DNA of 64,000 nucleotides, from assembly GCA_963699155.1 (NCBI GenBank), contig OY969414.1, forward strand, positions 64,001-128,000, given 5' to 3'. Below, piece by piece: positions 10,117 through 18,337 of this stretch (its first letter is position 1; each line of letters begins with the position of its first letter). The stretch is from an uncultured Chlamydiales bacterium (GTDB lineage Bacteria > Chlamydiota > Chlamydiia > Chlamydiales > JAAKFR01). Position numbers and translations under genes: made by a program. The notes beneath the pieces are model-generated. The model made no database searches, was not told where the DNA came from, and saw only the letters and a list, made by a program, of their open reading frames with translations.

Positions 10117-10579
10117 AACCGAAATTACTACTTCGGCAGAAGAAACTATTGCCTGGGGAAAAGAGCTCGCCAAAGAGCTGCGACCTGGTGCTGTGGTTTG
10201 CCTTTTTGGCGATTTAGGGGCGGGAAAGACAACACTGATAAAAGGAATCGTGGAGGCGGTGACAGGGAATAATGCTGACTCTGTCTGCAGCCCTACCTTT
10301 TCTTATTTAAATATCTATCCTGGCCCCTGTCCGGTTTATCATTTTGATCTCTATCGACTCCAGGATGCCGAGGATTTTATCAGCATGGGATTTGAAGAAT
10401 ACCTTCTAGGCGAAGGGATCTGCTGTGTGGAGTGGAGCGAAAGAATCGAAACCATCCTGCCCTCCCACTGCCTCAAAATCAGCCTAGAATATGGTGGAGA
10501 AGAGGAGAGAAAGATTCATTATGAAGTTCCAAGACGCTCACTTTCTGATCACGGTTGCCAATGCCGAGGATCTTCCTGA
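10085..10579 (+). CDS. tsaE: tRNA threonylcarbamoyladenosine biosynthesis ATPase (start uncertain)
   Basis: GDLGAGKTT, SPTF, YHFDLYRL and VEW motifs. Confidence 0.93.
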   Translation: MSINGSRQLSKTEITTSAEETIAWGKELAKELRPGAVVCLFGDLGAGKTTLIKGIVEAVTGNNADSVCSPTFSYLNIYPGPCPVYHFDLYRLQDAEDFISMGFEEYLLGEGICCVEWSERIETILPSHCLKISLEYGGEEERKIHYEVPRRSLSDHGCQCRGSS

Positions 10580-11108
10580 CAATGAGAAGTTCCCTGAAAT
10601 TGCTGTCCTAGGGCGCTCCAACGTAGGAAAATCGTCCCTGCTCAACAATCTTTTTGGCTCCAAAAACTTGGTAAAAACCTCCTCCACGCCAGGGAAAACA
10701 CGCGCTCTCAACTTTTTTCTCGTCGACAAACAGCTCATTTTTGTCGATATGCCCGGTTATGGTTATGCTGAGGCTTCTGCCCAAGAAAAAAAACGGTGGG
10801 CCAGCCTGATGGAACACTATTTAAACTCGCGCACCGCGCTAAAAGCCCTTCTCTTTCTCTTCGATATCCGCCGGACTCCAGGGGCCGAGGACCTTCAAAT
10901 GCTAGAATGGATCCGCTATAGAGAGTTGCCTACTCTTCTCATTCTGACCAAAGTAGACAAAGTGGGGCAATCGGAAAAGGTCCTTCAGACCCGGCGAATA
11001 ACCGATAGGATAAAAGAGATCCCCTATGTACACTATTCTGCAACGAAAAATGTGGGGAGAAAGGAATTGATCGCGCAGATTACAGGGTATGTTCATGGTG
11101 CTGCTTAA
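10521..11108 (+). CDS. engB: Ribosome biogenesis GTPase YihA/YsxC
   Basis: GRSNVGKSS, STPGKT, DMPGYG and TKVD motifs. Confidence 0.93.
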   Translation: MKFQDAHFLITVANAEDLPDNEKFPEIAVLGRSNVGKSSLLNNLFGSKNLVKTSSTPGKTRALNFFLVDKQLIFVDMPGYGYAEASAQEKKRWASLMEHYLNSRTALKALLFLFDIRRTPGAEDLQMLEWIRYRELPTLLILTKVDKVGQSEKVLQTRRITDRIKEIPYVHYSATKNVGRKELIAQITGYVHGAA

Positions 11109-11844
11109 ACAGGCAACCCTCGTCTGTCTCGATTGCGAGTTTACGGGGCTCGATCCGGAAAATGACCGCATTATCGAGTTGGCAGCCGCCAAATTCAATG
11201 GCACAGAGATCCTCGATACGATCGACCTCCTAGTCAGTCCTGGCTGCGCCATCTCTCCAGCCTCCCTCGCCATCCACCATATCACCGAAGAGATGGTAAA
11301 GGCGAAGCCTCCCATCGAAGCGATTCTTCCCCAGTTTTTCAATTTTATCGGTCAGAGCACCATCGTCGGCCACGCTGTCGGCTGCGACCTCGATATGTTG
11401 GAAAAGGCAGCCGGAAGAGCAACCATCCACTATCCCCTCAAATCGCGTTCCTATATCGACACGTTGAGGCTGGCCCGTCTTTATGGGGATAGCCCCAATA
11501 ACTCGTTAGAAAGCCTTGCCACCCATTTCAATGTTCCCAATCCTGGCTCCCATCGCGCCCTCAATGATGTGATGATGAATATCGAAGTCTTCAAACACCT
11601 TGTCCGTAAGTATCAGACCCTTGACCAGCTCTTCCAGCTCCTCTCCCATCCTATCAAGATGAAATATATGCCACTCGGTAAACACAAAGGGAGATTATTC
11701 GGCGAAATTCCTCTTCAGTATCTCCAGTGGGCTGCTCATATGGATTTCGATCAGGATCTTCTTTTCACCATTCGGACAGAATTAAAAAAACGGAAGAAGG
11801 GAGGCGCCTTTGGACAGGCCGCAAACCCTTTTGCCGAACTATAG
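11089..11844 (+). CDS. dnaQ: DEDDh exonuclease / DNA polymerase III epsilon family with C-terminal MPxGKHKG module
   Basis: LDCEFTG, GHAVGCD, HRALND and MPLGKHKG motifs. Confidence 0.85.
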   Translation: MFMVLLKQATLVCLDCEFTGLDPENDRIIELAAAKFNGTEILDTIDLLVSPGCAISPASLAIHHITEEMVKAKPPIEAILPQFFNFIGQSTIVGHAVGCDLDMLEKAAGRATIHYPLKSRSYIDTLRLARLYGDSPNNSLESLATHFNVPNPGSHRALNDVMMNIEVFKHLVRKYQTLDQLFQLLSHPIKMKYMPLGKHKGRLFGEIPLQYLQWAAHMDFDQDLLFTIRTELKKRKKGGAFGQAANPFAEL

Positions 11845-11853
11845 GTAAGCTCT

Positions 11854-12738
11854 ATGAAAGAAACAGGCTCCTTTGCAGTGAAATTGGGTCTCTCTGAGAT
11901 GCTCAAAGGGGGGGTTATCATGGATGTCACCACCCCTGAGCAGGCGAAGATTGCTGAGGAAGCAGGTGCCTGCGCTGTCATGGCCCTAGAGAGGATTCCC
12001 GCCGATATCCGTGCTGAGGGTGGTGTCTCCCGAATGTCTGCACCCCATCTCATCGAAGCCATTCAAGAGGCGGTGACGATCCCCATCATGGCAAAATGCA
12101 GGATCGGCCATTTTGTTGAAGCCCAAATTCTGGAGGCGCTGCAGGTCGATTTTATCGATGAAAGTGAGGTTTTGACTCCTGCCGATGAGGAGTATCATAT
12201 CGACAAGCACCCTTTCCTTATCCCTTTTGTCTGTGGAGCACGTGATCTGGGAGAGGCTCTTAGGCGCATCGGAGAGGGTGCCGCCATGATCCGCACTAAA
12301 GGCGAAGCGGGCAGTGGCAACATCGTCGAAGCGGTGCGCCATATGCGCTCCATCCAATCGGCGATCCGTCGGCTCAAAACGATGGAGAAGAGTGAACTGA
12401 TGGCAGAATCCAAACGGCTGATGGCTCCCTATGACTTAGTCTGCCAAGTGGCTGAGACGGGAAAACTCCCTGTCCCTAACTTCTCAGCTGGTGGCATCGC
12501 GACCCCAGCTGACGCAGCCCTGATGATGCAGCTTGGGGCAGAAAGCATCTTTGTCGGCTCGGGTATCTTCAAATCGAATGATCCCGCCAAAAGAGCCCGT
12601 GCTATCGTCCTTGCCGTCACCTATTATCAAGATCGGGGCAAACTCGCAACGATCTCTTCGGGATTGCTGGAAGGAATGAAAGGGATCGACTTACGCAAAC
12701 TTGCCAAAGAGGAGCTCTTGGCTCACCGTGGCTGGTAA
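11854..12738 (+). CDS. pdxS: Pyridoxal 5'-phosphate synthase, synthase subunit
   Basis: [29 protein letters not shown] and [10 protein letters not shown] motifs. Confidence 0.96.
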   Translation: MKETGSFAVKLGLSEMLKGGVIMDVTTPEQAKIAEEAGACAVMALERIPADIRAEGGVSRMSAPHLIEAIQEAVTIPIMAKCRIGHFVEAQILEALQVDFIDESEVLTPADEEYHIDKHPFLIPFVCGARDLGEALRRIGEGAAMIRTKGEAGSGNIVEAVRHMRSIQSAIRRLKTMEKSELMAESKRLMAPYDLVCQVAETGKLPVPNFSAGGIATPADAALMMQLGAESIFVGSGIFKSNDPAKRARAIVLAVTYYQDRGKLATISSGLLEGMKGIDLRKLAKEELLAHRGW

Positions 12739-13315
12739 AATCGGTGTCCTGGCTCTTCAAGGAGCCTTTGCGAAGCATCTCTCCCTACTTCACAAATTGG
12801 AGATTCCCGCCATCGAAGTGCGCTATCCAGAGCAGCTGTCAGACTGCTGTGGGCTCATTCTCCCGGGTGGAGAATCGACCACTATGACGCGCCAGATCGC
12901 CTCTATGGCAATGGAGGAGCCTTTGCGCCACTTTGCCGAAGAATCTCCTCTTTTTGGAACCTGTGCAGGCATGATTTTGATGTCTCGAGCAGGAATCTTG
13001 TCGCTCTTGGATATCGTTGTGGACCGCAATGCCTATGGCCGGCAAGCCGATTCATTCACAACCCCTCTCACCTTTCGTGGATGCACCTTTCCTGGCTTTT
13101 TCATCCGCGCTCCGCGCATCACGGCGATTACCTCACCCGATGTCAAAGTGGTTGTCTCATACGAAAATGAAGCTGTCTGCGTCCAGCAAGGCCACCATCT
13201 CGCAGCCTCCTTCCACCCCGAATTGGCAGGTAACCCCATTTTGCATCGCTATTTTATAGAATTGTGTTATGGCGACAAGCGGGTAATGAGCCAATCGCTG
13301 TTCTCTTTGACATAG
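12728..13315 (+). CDS. pdxT: Pyridoxal 5'-phosphate synthase, glutaminase subunit
   Basis: GVLALQG, PGGESTT, GTCAG, FIRAP and FHPEL motifs. Confidence 0.95.
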   Translation: MAGKIGVLALQGAFAKHLSLLHKLEIPAIEVRYPEQLSDCCGLILPGGESTTMTRQIASMAMEEPLRHFAEESPLFGTCAGMILMSRAGILSLLDIVVDRNAYGRQADSFTTPLTFRGCTFPGFFIRAPRITAITSPDVKVVVSYENEAVCVQQGHHLAASFHPELAGNPILHRYFIELCYGDKRVMSQSLFSLT

Positions 13316-13908
13316 AGGAAGCGGTCGTGGAGGCGGTTAGCGCGCCCCTGCCAAAACTCTATCCTCTCAGGAATTAACCGGTACCCACCCCACATTTTCG
13401 GACAAGGAACCTCTTTTCCACGATATTTTTTCTGGAGACGACCAAATAGTTCCTCAAGCTCCTGCCGAGATGCTAGCGGGGCACTCTGATGCGAAGCAGC
13501 GGCCGCCAGTTGCGCTCCCCGAGGTCGTGAATGGAAGTAGCGGAGCGTCTCTTTCCTAGAGATCTTTTCGACCCTTCCCTCCAGACATACTTGCCGGTAG
13601 ATCTCTTTCCACCAAAAGGTGAGAGAGCCGTAGGGATTGAGCGCCAGATGTTCCCCTTTACGGCTCTCATAGCTGGTGTAAAAGACAAAACCGTGCGCAT
13701 CGAACTCCTTCAGTAAGACAGTACGCGCAGCCGGCCTCCCTACGCTGCTAACAGTCGCAAAGAGCATGCCATTCGGTTCAAAAATAGCTGCTCGGATGGC
13801 CTCCTCGAGCCAGATGTGGAACTGGGCAATCGGATCCTCCTGCAAACTCTCTTCTAAGAGAGGTTCATTCCCATACTCCCAGCGCAACTTCGCTATAGAA
13901 CGTTTCAT
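13267..13908 (-). CDS. pdxH: Pyridoxine/pyridoxamine 5'-phosphate oxidase
   Basis: RTVLLK, SRKG, YFHSRPRG, WGGYR and EFWQGRANRLHDR motifs. Confidence 0.95.
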   Translation of the reverse strand: MKRSIAKLRWEYGNEPLLEESLQEDPIAQFHIWLEEAIRAAIFEPNGMLFATVSSVGRPAARTVLLKEFDAHGFVFYTSYESRKGEHLALNPYGSLTFWWKEIYRQVCLEGRVEKISRKETLRYFHSRPRGAQLAAAASHQSAPLASRQELEELFGRLQKKYRGKEVPCPKMWGGYRLIPERIEFWQGRANRLHDRFLYVKENSDWLITRLSP

Positions 13909-13930
13909 ATACCTATGCTATATCAATGTT

Positions 13931-15142
13931 ATGACAAAATTAACTATTCAAGATTTAGACATCAAAGGGAAAAAGGTACTGCTGAGAGCCGATCTCAATG
14001 TGCCTCTCGACGGGGATAACAATATAAGTGATGCCTCACGTATCGAGGCGAGCCTTCCCTCCATTCAATACATTCTCGATCATGGCGGCGCAGTGATTCT
14101 GATGAGCCACTTGGGGCGTCCGCGCGGAGCTCCGCTCGCCGATCTCTCATTAGCACCTATTGCCCACTTTCTGAAAGCAGTGCTGGCGGCGCCTGTTACC
14201 CTGGCTCCTAATTGCATCGGGAGCAAGGTGCAGGAGAAGGTTGACGCGCTCAAGCCGGGCGAGGTTCTGCTACTCGAAAATTTAAGATTCCATCGCGCTG
14301 AAGAACATCCTGAAGAGGACCCTTCCTTCGCTAAAGAGTTAGCGAGCTATGGCGACTGCTATGTCAACGATGCCTTTGGATCTGCCCACCGCAAACATAG
14401 CTCCACCTACACGATTGCACAATACTTCCCCGGGAAAGCTGCAGCAGGCATTCTCATGGAACAGGAGATCCGCTTTTTAGGGAAACTGGTAACAAATCCC
14501 GAAAGACCCTTTGTGACACTGCTTGGTGGGGCCAAAATTTCAAGTAAACTGGGTCTCATCAAAGCATTATTGACAAAAGCAGATCGTCTCTTGATCGGTG
14601 GCGGAATGACCTACACTTTCTTAAAAGCCCAAGGGATTGCCACAGGTGATTCTCCGGTGGAGGAGGAGCTCGTACCCTTAGCCGGCTCTTTGATCAAAGA
14701 TTATGGTGATCGCCTCGTTTTGCCAGAAGATTTAGTAATCGCTGCTGACTGCAGGGAGAATGCCCCTGCGAAAACGATTATTTGCCAAGAAGGCATTCCT
14801 CCTGGCTACCAAGGGGTCGATATCGGACCTAAAACCCTCGAAACATTTAAAGCGCTGCTCGCCCCTGCCAAAACGGTACTCTGGAATGGCCCTCTCGGTA
14901 TTTATGAATGTGAAAGCTTTGCCAAAGGCACCCTAGGGATTGCCCACTATCTCGCCACTCTCAAAGCCACTACAGTGGTCGGTGGAGGCGATTCGATCGC
15001 TGCCATCAATCAGGCCGATGTTGCCGACAAAATCACCCATCTCTCCACCGGCGGCGGCGCCACCCTAGAATTTCTCGAATATGGCACCCTCCCCGGCATC
15101 GATGCCCTCTCCGACAAGAAAAGTCAGCCAGTCGGCAGTTAA
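13931..15142 (+). CDS. pgk: Phosphoglycerate kinase
   Basis: RADLNVP, MSHLGRP, LLENLRF, GGAKISSK and HLSTGGGA motifs; start placed at MTKLTI. Confidence 0.96.
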   Translation: MTKLTIQDLDIKGKKVLLRADLNVPLDGDNNISDASRIEASLPSIQYILDHGGAVILMSHLGRPRGAPLADLSLAPIAHFLKAVLAAPVTLAPNCIGSKVQEKVDALKPGEVLLLENLRFHRAEEHPEEDPSFAKELASYGDCYVNDAFGSAHRKHSSTYTIAQYFPGKAAAGILMEQEIRFLGKLVTNPERPFVTLLGGAKISSKLGLIKALLTKADRLLIGGGMTYTFLKAQGIATGDSPVEEELVPLAGSLIKDYGDRLVLPEDLVIAADCRENAPAKTIICQEGIPPGYQGVDIGPKTLETFKALLAPAKTVLWNGPLGIYECESFAKGTLGIAHYLATLKATTVVGGGDSIAAINQADVADKITHLSTGGGATLEFLEYGTLPGIDALSDKKSQPVGS

Positions 15143-15146
15143 GCGA

Positions 15147-15732
15147 TCATTCAAGAGTTCTAAGCTTTTGCCAATAAAAGAATAAGGCATTAACCCCCGA
15201 ATCAAAATCATGGTCGAGCTCACATTCCCGCGCCATCTCACTAAACGATTGTCTCCAGTTATTTGGAGGTTTGGGCAATTGGAGAGGTACTCTCGATTCA
15301 CCACAGCGATGAAAAGTATTCTGCAGGCATAGTAGGAAATCGAAATCCCCCATAGGGAGCTGATTCGATTAATTTTGCTGCAGGCTCTATACGAAAGAGA
15401 AAATAATCCTCCATCTCGAGCATCGCATTCTTTTGCAGTTCCTCAAGGAGAAATGCAGACTGCACATCAGCCGTCCCTTTCATCTTCAACTGCATCGCCA
15501 AGTCGAGATCCTTCGTAGCACGTGCCACATTAAGTCGAGTTTCTAATGCATATCCTCCCTTTAACAACCAGAGGCAAGGCTTGTTTAAGAACAACCGCGC
15601 CAAAAATCGTTCAAACGCGACCTTCCTGCGTACCCTTTCGAGGTCCATCCCACTTTCTTTTGAAAAGGTTTGTAACCGTACTTCTAAACTTTGTCGAAAA
15701 CTTGCAGGAGAAGAAAATGTCTTATTCATCAC
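15147..15732 (-). pseudogene. AbiEii-type nucleotidyltransferase toxin, internally deleted and frameshifted
   Basis: N-terminal part FERFLARL..WLLKGGYALE..RATKDLDL breaks after GGFRFP; C-terminal part (PLQLPKPPNNW..MARECEL) lies in another frame ending at 15147. Confidence 0.75.
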
Positions 15733-16334
15733 TTTGTCACCCTATTCACAATACGCTTAATCCGTTCCGAATTCGATTCGAGGTCCAGTTTCGTGAGAAA
15801 TGCCAGGGAGATCACTCCCTTTTGCAATCCATCTGACAGGGCTTGCATAACAATTTCATCGGAAATCGTCTCATCCAAAAGTACATCACAAATTGTCCTT
15901 TCGGGAGTTGTAACTCTGTATCCCTCAAACTCAGACACCTCCTTCTCTTCAAGCTTGTCGAAATGGAGCCTTAAGCTTTTAGGAGGTTTATGAAATCTCC
16001 GAAAATGCTTCGGAACCGTAAAGTGATAAAAAGCAGGCATTGCATCACTCAAATTGTGAATCGCCAAAGCGGTTTGATGAGAAAAAACACCTTCCACCTT
16101 TCCCAATCGATTGCAGGACCACAAGCTCCAATAAACTAAGTCAGCCCGCTCACCAATTGGATAATTGGCCAGTCGATAGATGCCACGCCCCTCTCGAATC
16201 CATCTTCCTCTCTTTACATGATAAGAAAACCTACTATCCGAATAACCTGCCTCTTTTGCTTGGCGGGCTGTAAAATGCCCTTGTTGAAGACTGGCTATTT
16301 GATAAAGATGGTCTTCCATTTCACTTGCTTTCAT
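15729..16334 (-). CDS. Type IV toxin-antitoxin AbiEi-type antitoxin / regulator
   Basis: QQGHFTARQA, RGIYRL, SHQTALAIH and VTTPERTICD motifs; 4-nt overlap with toxin. Confidence 0.85.
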   Translation of the reverse strand: MKASEMEDHLYQIASLQQGHFTARQAKEAGYSDSRFSYHVKRGRWIREGRGIYRLANYPIGERADLVYWSLWSCNRLGKVEGVFSHQTALAIHNLSDAMPAFYHFTVPKHFRRFHKPPKSLRLHFDKLEEKEVSEFEGYRVTTPERTICDVLLDETISDEIVMQALSDGLQKGVISLAFLTKLDLESNSERIKRIVNRVTK

Positions 16335-16336
16335 GT

Positions 16337-16370
16337 ATAAATCCTAACTAATGGTTAGGTTTTATGTCAA
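16337..16370 (-). promoter_or_regulatory. abiE promoter (TTGACA-18 nt-TAGGAT) with overlapping inverted-repeat operator
   Basis: Minus-strand TTGACA at 16370-16365 and TAGGAT at 16346-16341; palindrome ataaatcctaac-N5-gttaggttttat (16337-16365). Confidence 0.6.
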
Positions 16371-16485
16371 TACCCCCCCCCGTACTGGGAAAACAGATCA
16401 ACCTTCGCTATAGTAATTCCAGTTGTTTTTTTATTAGTTCTTAATAATTTTAGTAAATACTTATACCTAAACAGGAAAAATAAAG

Positions 16486-16836
16486 ATGTTCCGATCAGAG
16501 TTTTCTAGAGAAGAATTTCCTAATATTCAACCAGCATATCTCTCTTCACAAAACATGAAAGAGAGTGCCGTTAGGGCTCGCATCGTTTTCGTATTAGGCC
16601 TTATCGGAACGATTGCTTCAATCATCATTTTGACTCTTGGCTGTTCATCAATTTTTGGACCTAATAGAAGTCCGGGGTTCATTGGATCTATTACCAGTGG
16701 CTCTATTGGTACATTTCTTTTCTCTGTACCTGCCGCTGTTTTACTCATCTCGCGCCATCTAGAAATGAAAACTATAGAAAATGAATTAAAAAGTATTAAT
16801 GAAGCTAATGGCAAAGAGTCTGTCTTTGAAAAATAA
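16486..16836 (+). CDS. Hypothetical Inc-like protein (bilobed hydrophobic domain)
   Basis: Two hydrophobic helices with a short loop, hydrophilic tail, AT-rich DNA. Confidence 0.6.
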   Translation: MFRSEFSREEFPNIQPAYLSSQNMKESAVRARIVFVLGLIGTIASIIILTLGCSSIFGPNRSPGFIGSITSGSIGTFLFSVPAAVLLISRHLEMKTIENELKSINEANGKESVFEK

Positions 16837-16865
16837 GGTCCTTCGCGATAGCGAGCCAGGGGTCA

Positions 16866-17066
16866 TTTTTTCTTAATTTGACAGCATTGCCTTATAACCC
16901 CAATGCTATCAAATTAAGAAAAAAAGGCCTCTAGATTAGCTCTGATTGGCTTAAGCGACTTTTACCTGCAACTAAAACAAGATAAGATGATCGGCTAACG
17001 TCGGTAAGATAAGCAAGCTAATCTTGCCTATCCTGCCAGCGTAAGCTGATCATCTTATCTTGTTTT
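16866..17066. repeat. Two adjacent long imperfect inverted repeats (16866-16925 and 16974-17066)
   Basis: ttttttcttaatttgacagcattg/caatgctatcaaattaagaaaaaa and aaaacaagataagatgatc.../...gatcatcttatcttgtttt. Confidence 0.75.
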
Positions 17067-17107
17067 GGCCCCCACTGAGACACTCAGCTGCTGACGCAGC
17101 CTCGGTC

Positions 17108-17596
17108 TCAGGCGAGGGTGGGTGCTGGGCCTGGGGGAGGCTGATCTGATGAGATGTGGGGCTGGGTGGAGATGCGCTTGTGGTAGGCGTAGACCATCAT
17201 TCCGATGGCAATAGTTCCTGAGAGAGTGGCAACTCCAATTAAGGCGATTCCGAGCTGGGCAGAAGTCAGGACGCCAGATGCGCCAAGGGCGCCAAAAGTG
17301 ATGATGAGAGCTGCGAGGCAGAGACCCGAAATCCAATCGACCTTTCTTGTGGCAAATGAGCCGCCCAGCAGCTTAGCCCCTGCATATCCCACGCCGAGAC
17401 CTAAAGCTGTCCAGCCTGTGGTGTGGGAGGGGAAAGCGTGCGCCGCTGCAGTAATTCCGATGATTAAAAGAGCGATCATGATGCAGCTGCCCAGAAGATG
17501 GGTCATCCGTGTCTGATCGCTCTTGTTTCCGATCAGGTTGTCATAATCGTCTTTATAAGTAGCGCCATATCCCGCTACACGAGTGAGTGAGCACAT
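17108..17596 (-). CDS. Hypothetical multi-TM Inc-like protein
   Basis: Two hydrophobic hairpin units and a Pro-rich tail; resembles the neighbouring ORF. Confidence 0.65.
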   Translation of the reverse strand: MCSLTRVAGYGATYKDDYDNLIGNKSDQTRMTHLLGSCIMIALLIIGITAAAHAFPSHTTGWTALGLGVGYAGAKLLGGSFATRKVDWISGLCLAALIITFGALGASGVLTSAQLGIALIGVATLSGTIAIGMMVYAYHKRISTQPHISSDQPPPGPAPTLA

Positions 17597-17609
17597 ATTT
17601 TTAAGAAAC

Positions 17610-17634
17610 GAGGGAGTTTCCTCCCTCTTTTTTT
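17610..17634 (-). terminator. Probable intrinsic terminator hairpin after the 17657-18121 ORF
   Basis: Minus strand GAGGGAG-GAAA-CTCCCTC; T-run on the + side, so possibly bidirectional. Confidence 0.5.
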
Positions 17635-17656
17635 AGCCCCAAAAAGGTTGTTCTTA

Positions 17657-18121
17657 CTATCGTTCTGCTCCTGCTAGAGCCATGCAAGCACAAGGTGCAC
17701 AGCAGTAACAACAGACAATACCGATTGCCAAAATAGCAAGCGTGGGACCGATGACACACCAACCTGCGACAACGGGAGTGACAATCCCTGCGACAGCTAA
17801 AGCTCCGATGACAATGAGGGCTATAGTGATCAGCAAAGGAATGGCATTAGCAGCCTTTTCCCCTGGAGTTCTTCCAGCAATGGCGCCTATGACATAACCA
17901 ATCAGTGAGGGGATCGATAAGCCAACGATGCACCAGCCGATGGTCACACCATTCATGGCCCCTGCTGCTGCGACACAGCCGATAACGAAGAGAGCGATCC
18001 CAATAAGAGCATTACAGCTCTGAGTGCTGATTGCGACTGTTTGGGCTAGATCACCCTCTTTTTGTAGATGCTGAGCTTTAACAGCTTCAGGCATCGATAG
18101 ATTTAAACTAAGAGAAGACAT
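17657..18121 (-). CDS. Hypothetical multi-TM Inc-like protein with Cys-rich C-terminus
   Basis: GGAGG RBS; duplicated IALxVIG..AG...GWC unit; tail VCCYCCAPCACM. Confidence 0.7.
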   Translation of the reverse strand: MSSLSLNLSMPEAVKAQHLQKEGDLAQTVAISTQSCNALIGIALFVIGCVAAAGAMNGVTIGWCIVGLSIPSLIGYVIGAIAGRTPGEKAANAIPLLITIALIVIGALAVAGIVTPVVAGWCVIGPTLAILAIGIVCCYCCAPCACMALAGAER

Positions 18122-18223
18122 TAAACCTCCAATTTAAAAATGAAGGTCTATTATAATGGTATTGGTTTAAGAATTCATCAAGAAAAAAAAGAGTTTACAA
18201 TTGCAGCTCATACCTTGTAGACC

Positions 18224-18252
18224 TTGCTTGATAAGAGAGGATTCTGTATAAT
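18224..18252 (+). promoter_or_regulatory. Sigma66/70-type promoter upstream of npt
   Basis: TTGCTT-17 nt-TATAAT. Confidence 0.5.
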
Positions 18253-18337
18253 AACGCTCTCCTTAAACAGCTAAAGACTGCAATGTCGAGCTTCGCCTTC
18301 ATCGTTTTTTCTCCCATTTTACTCACTGGATCTTGTC

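Noticed and set aside
13766..13930. N-terminal extensions given by the ORF track for pgk (also sdhB, pal, tolB and 40373-40903)
   Set aside because: They overlap neighbouring genes or repeats; family-typical starts lie downstream
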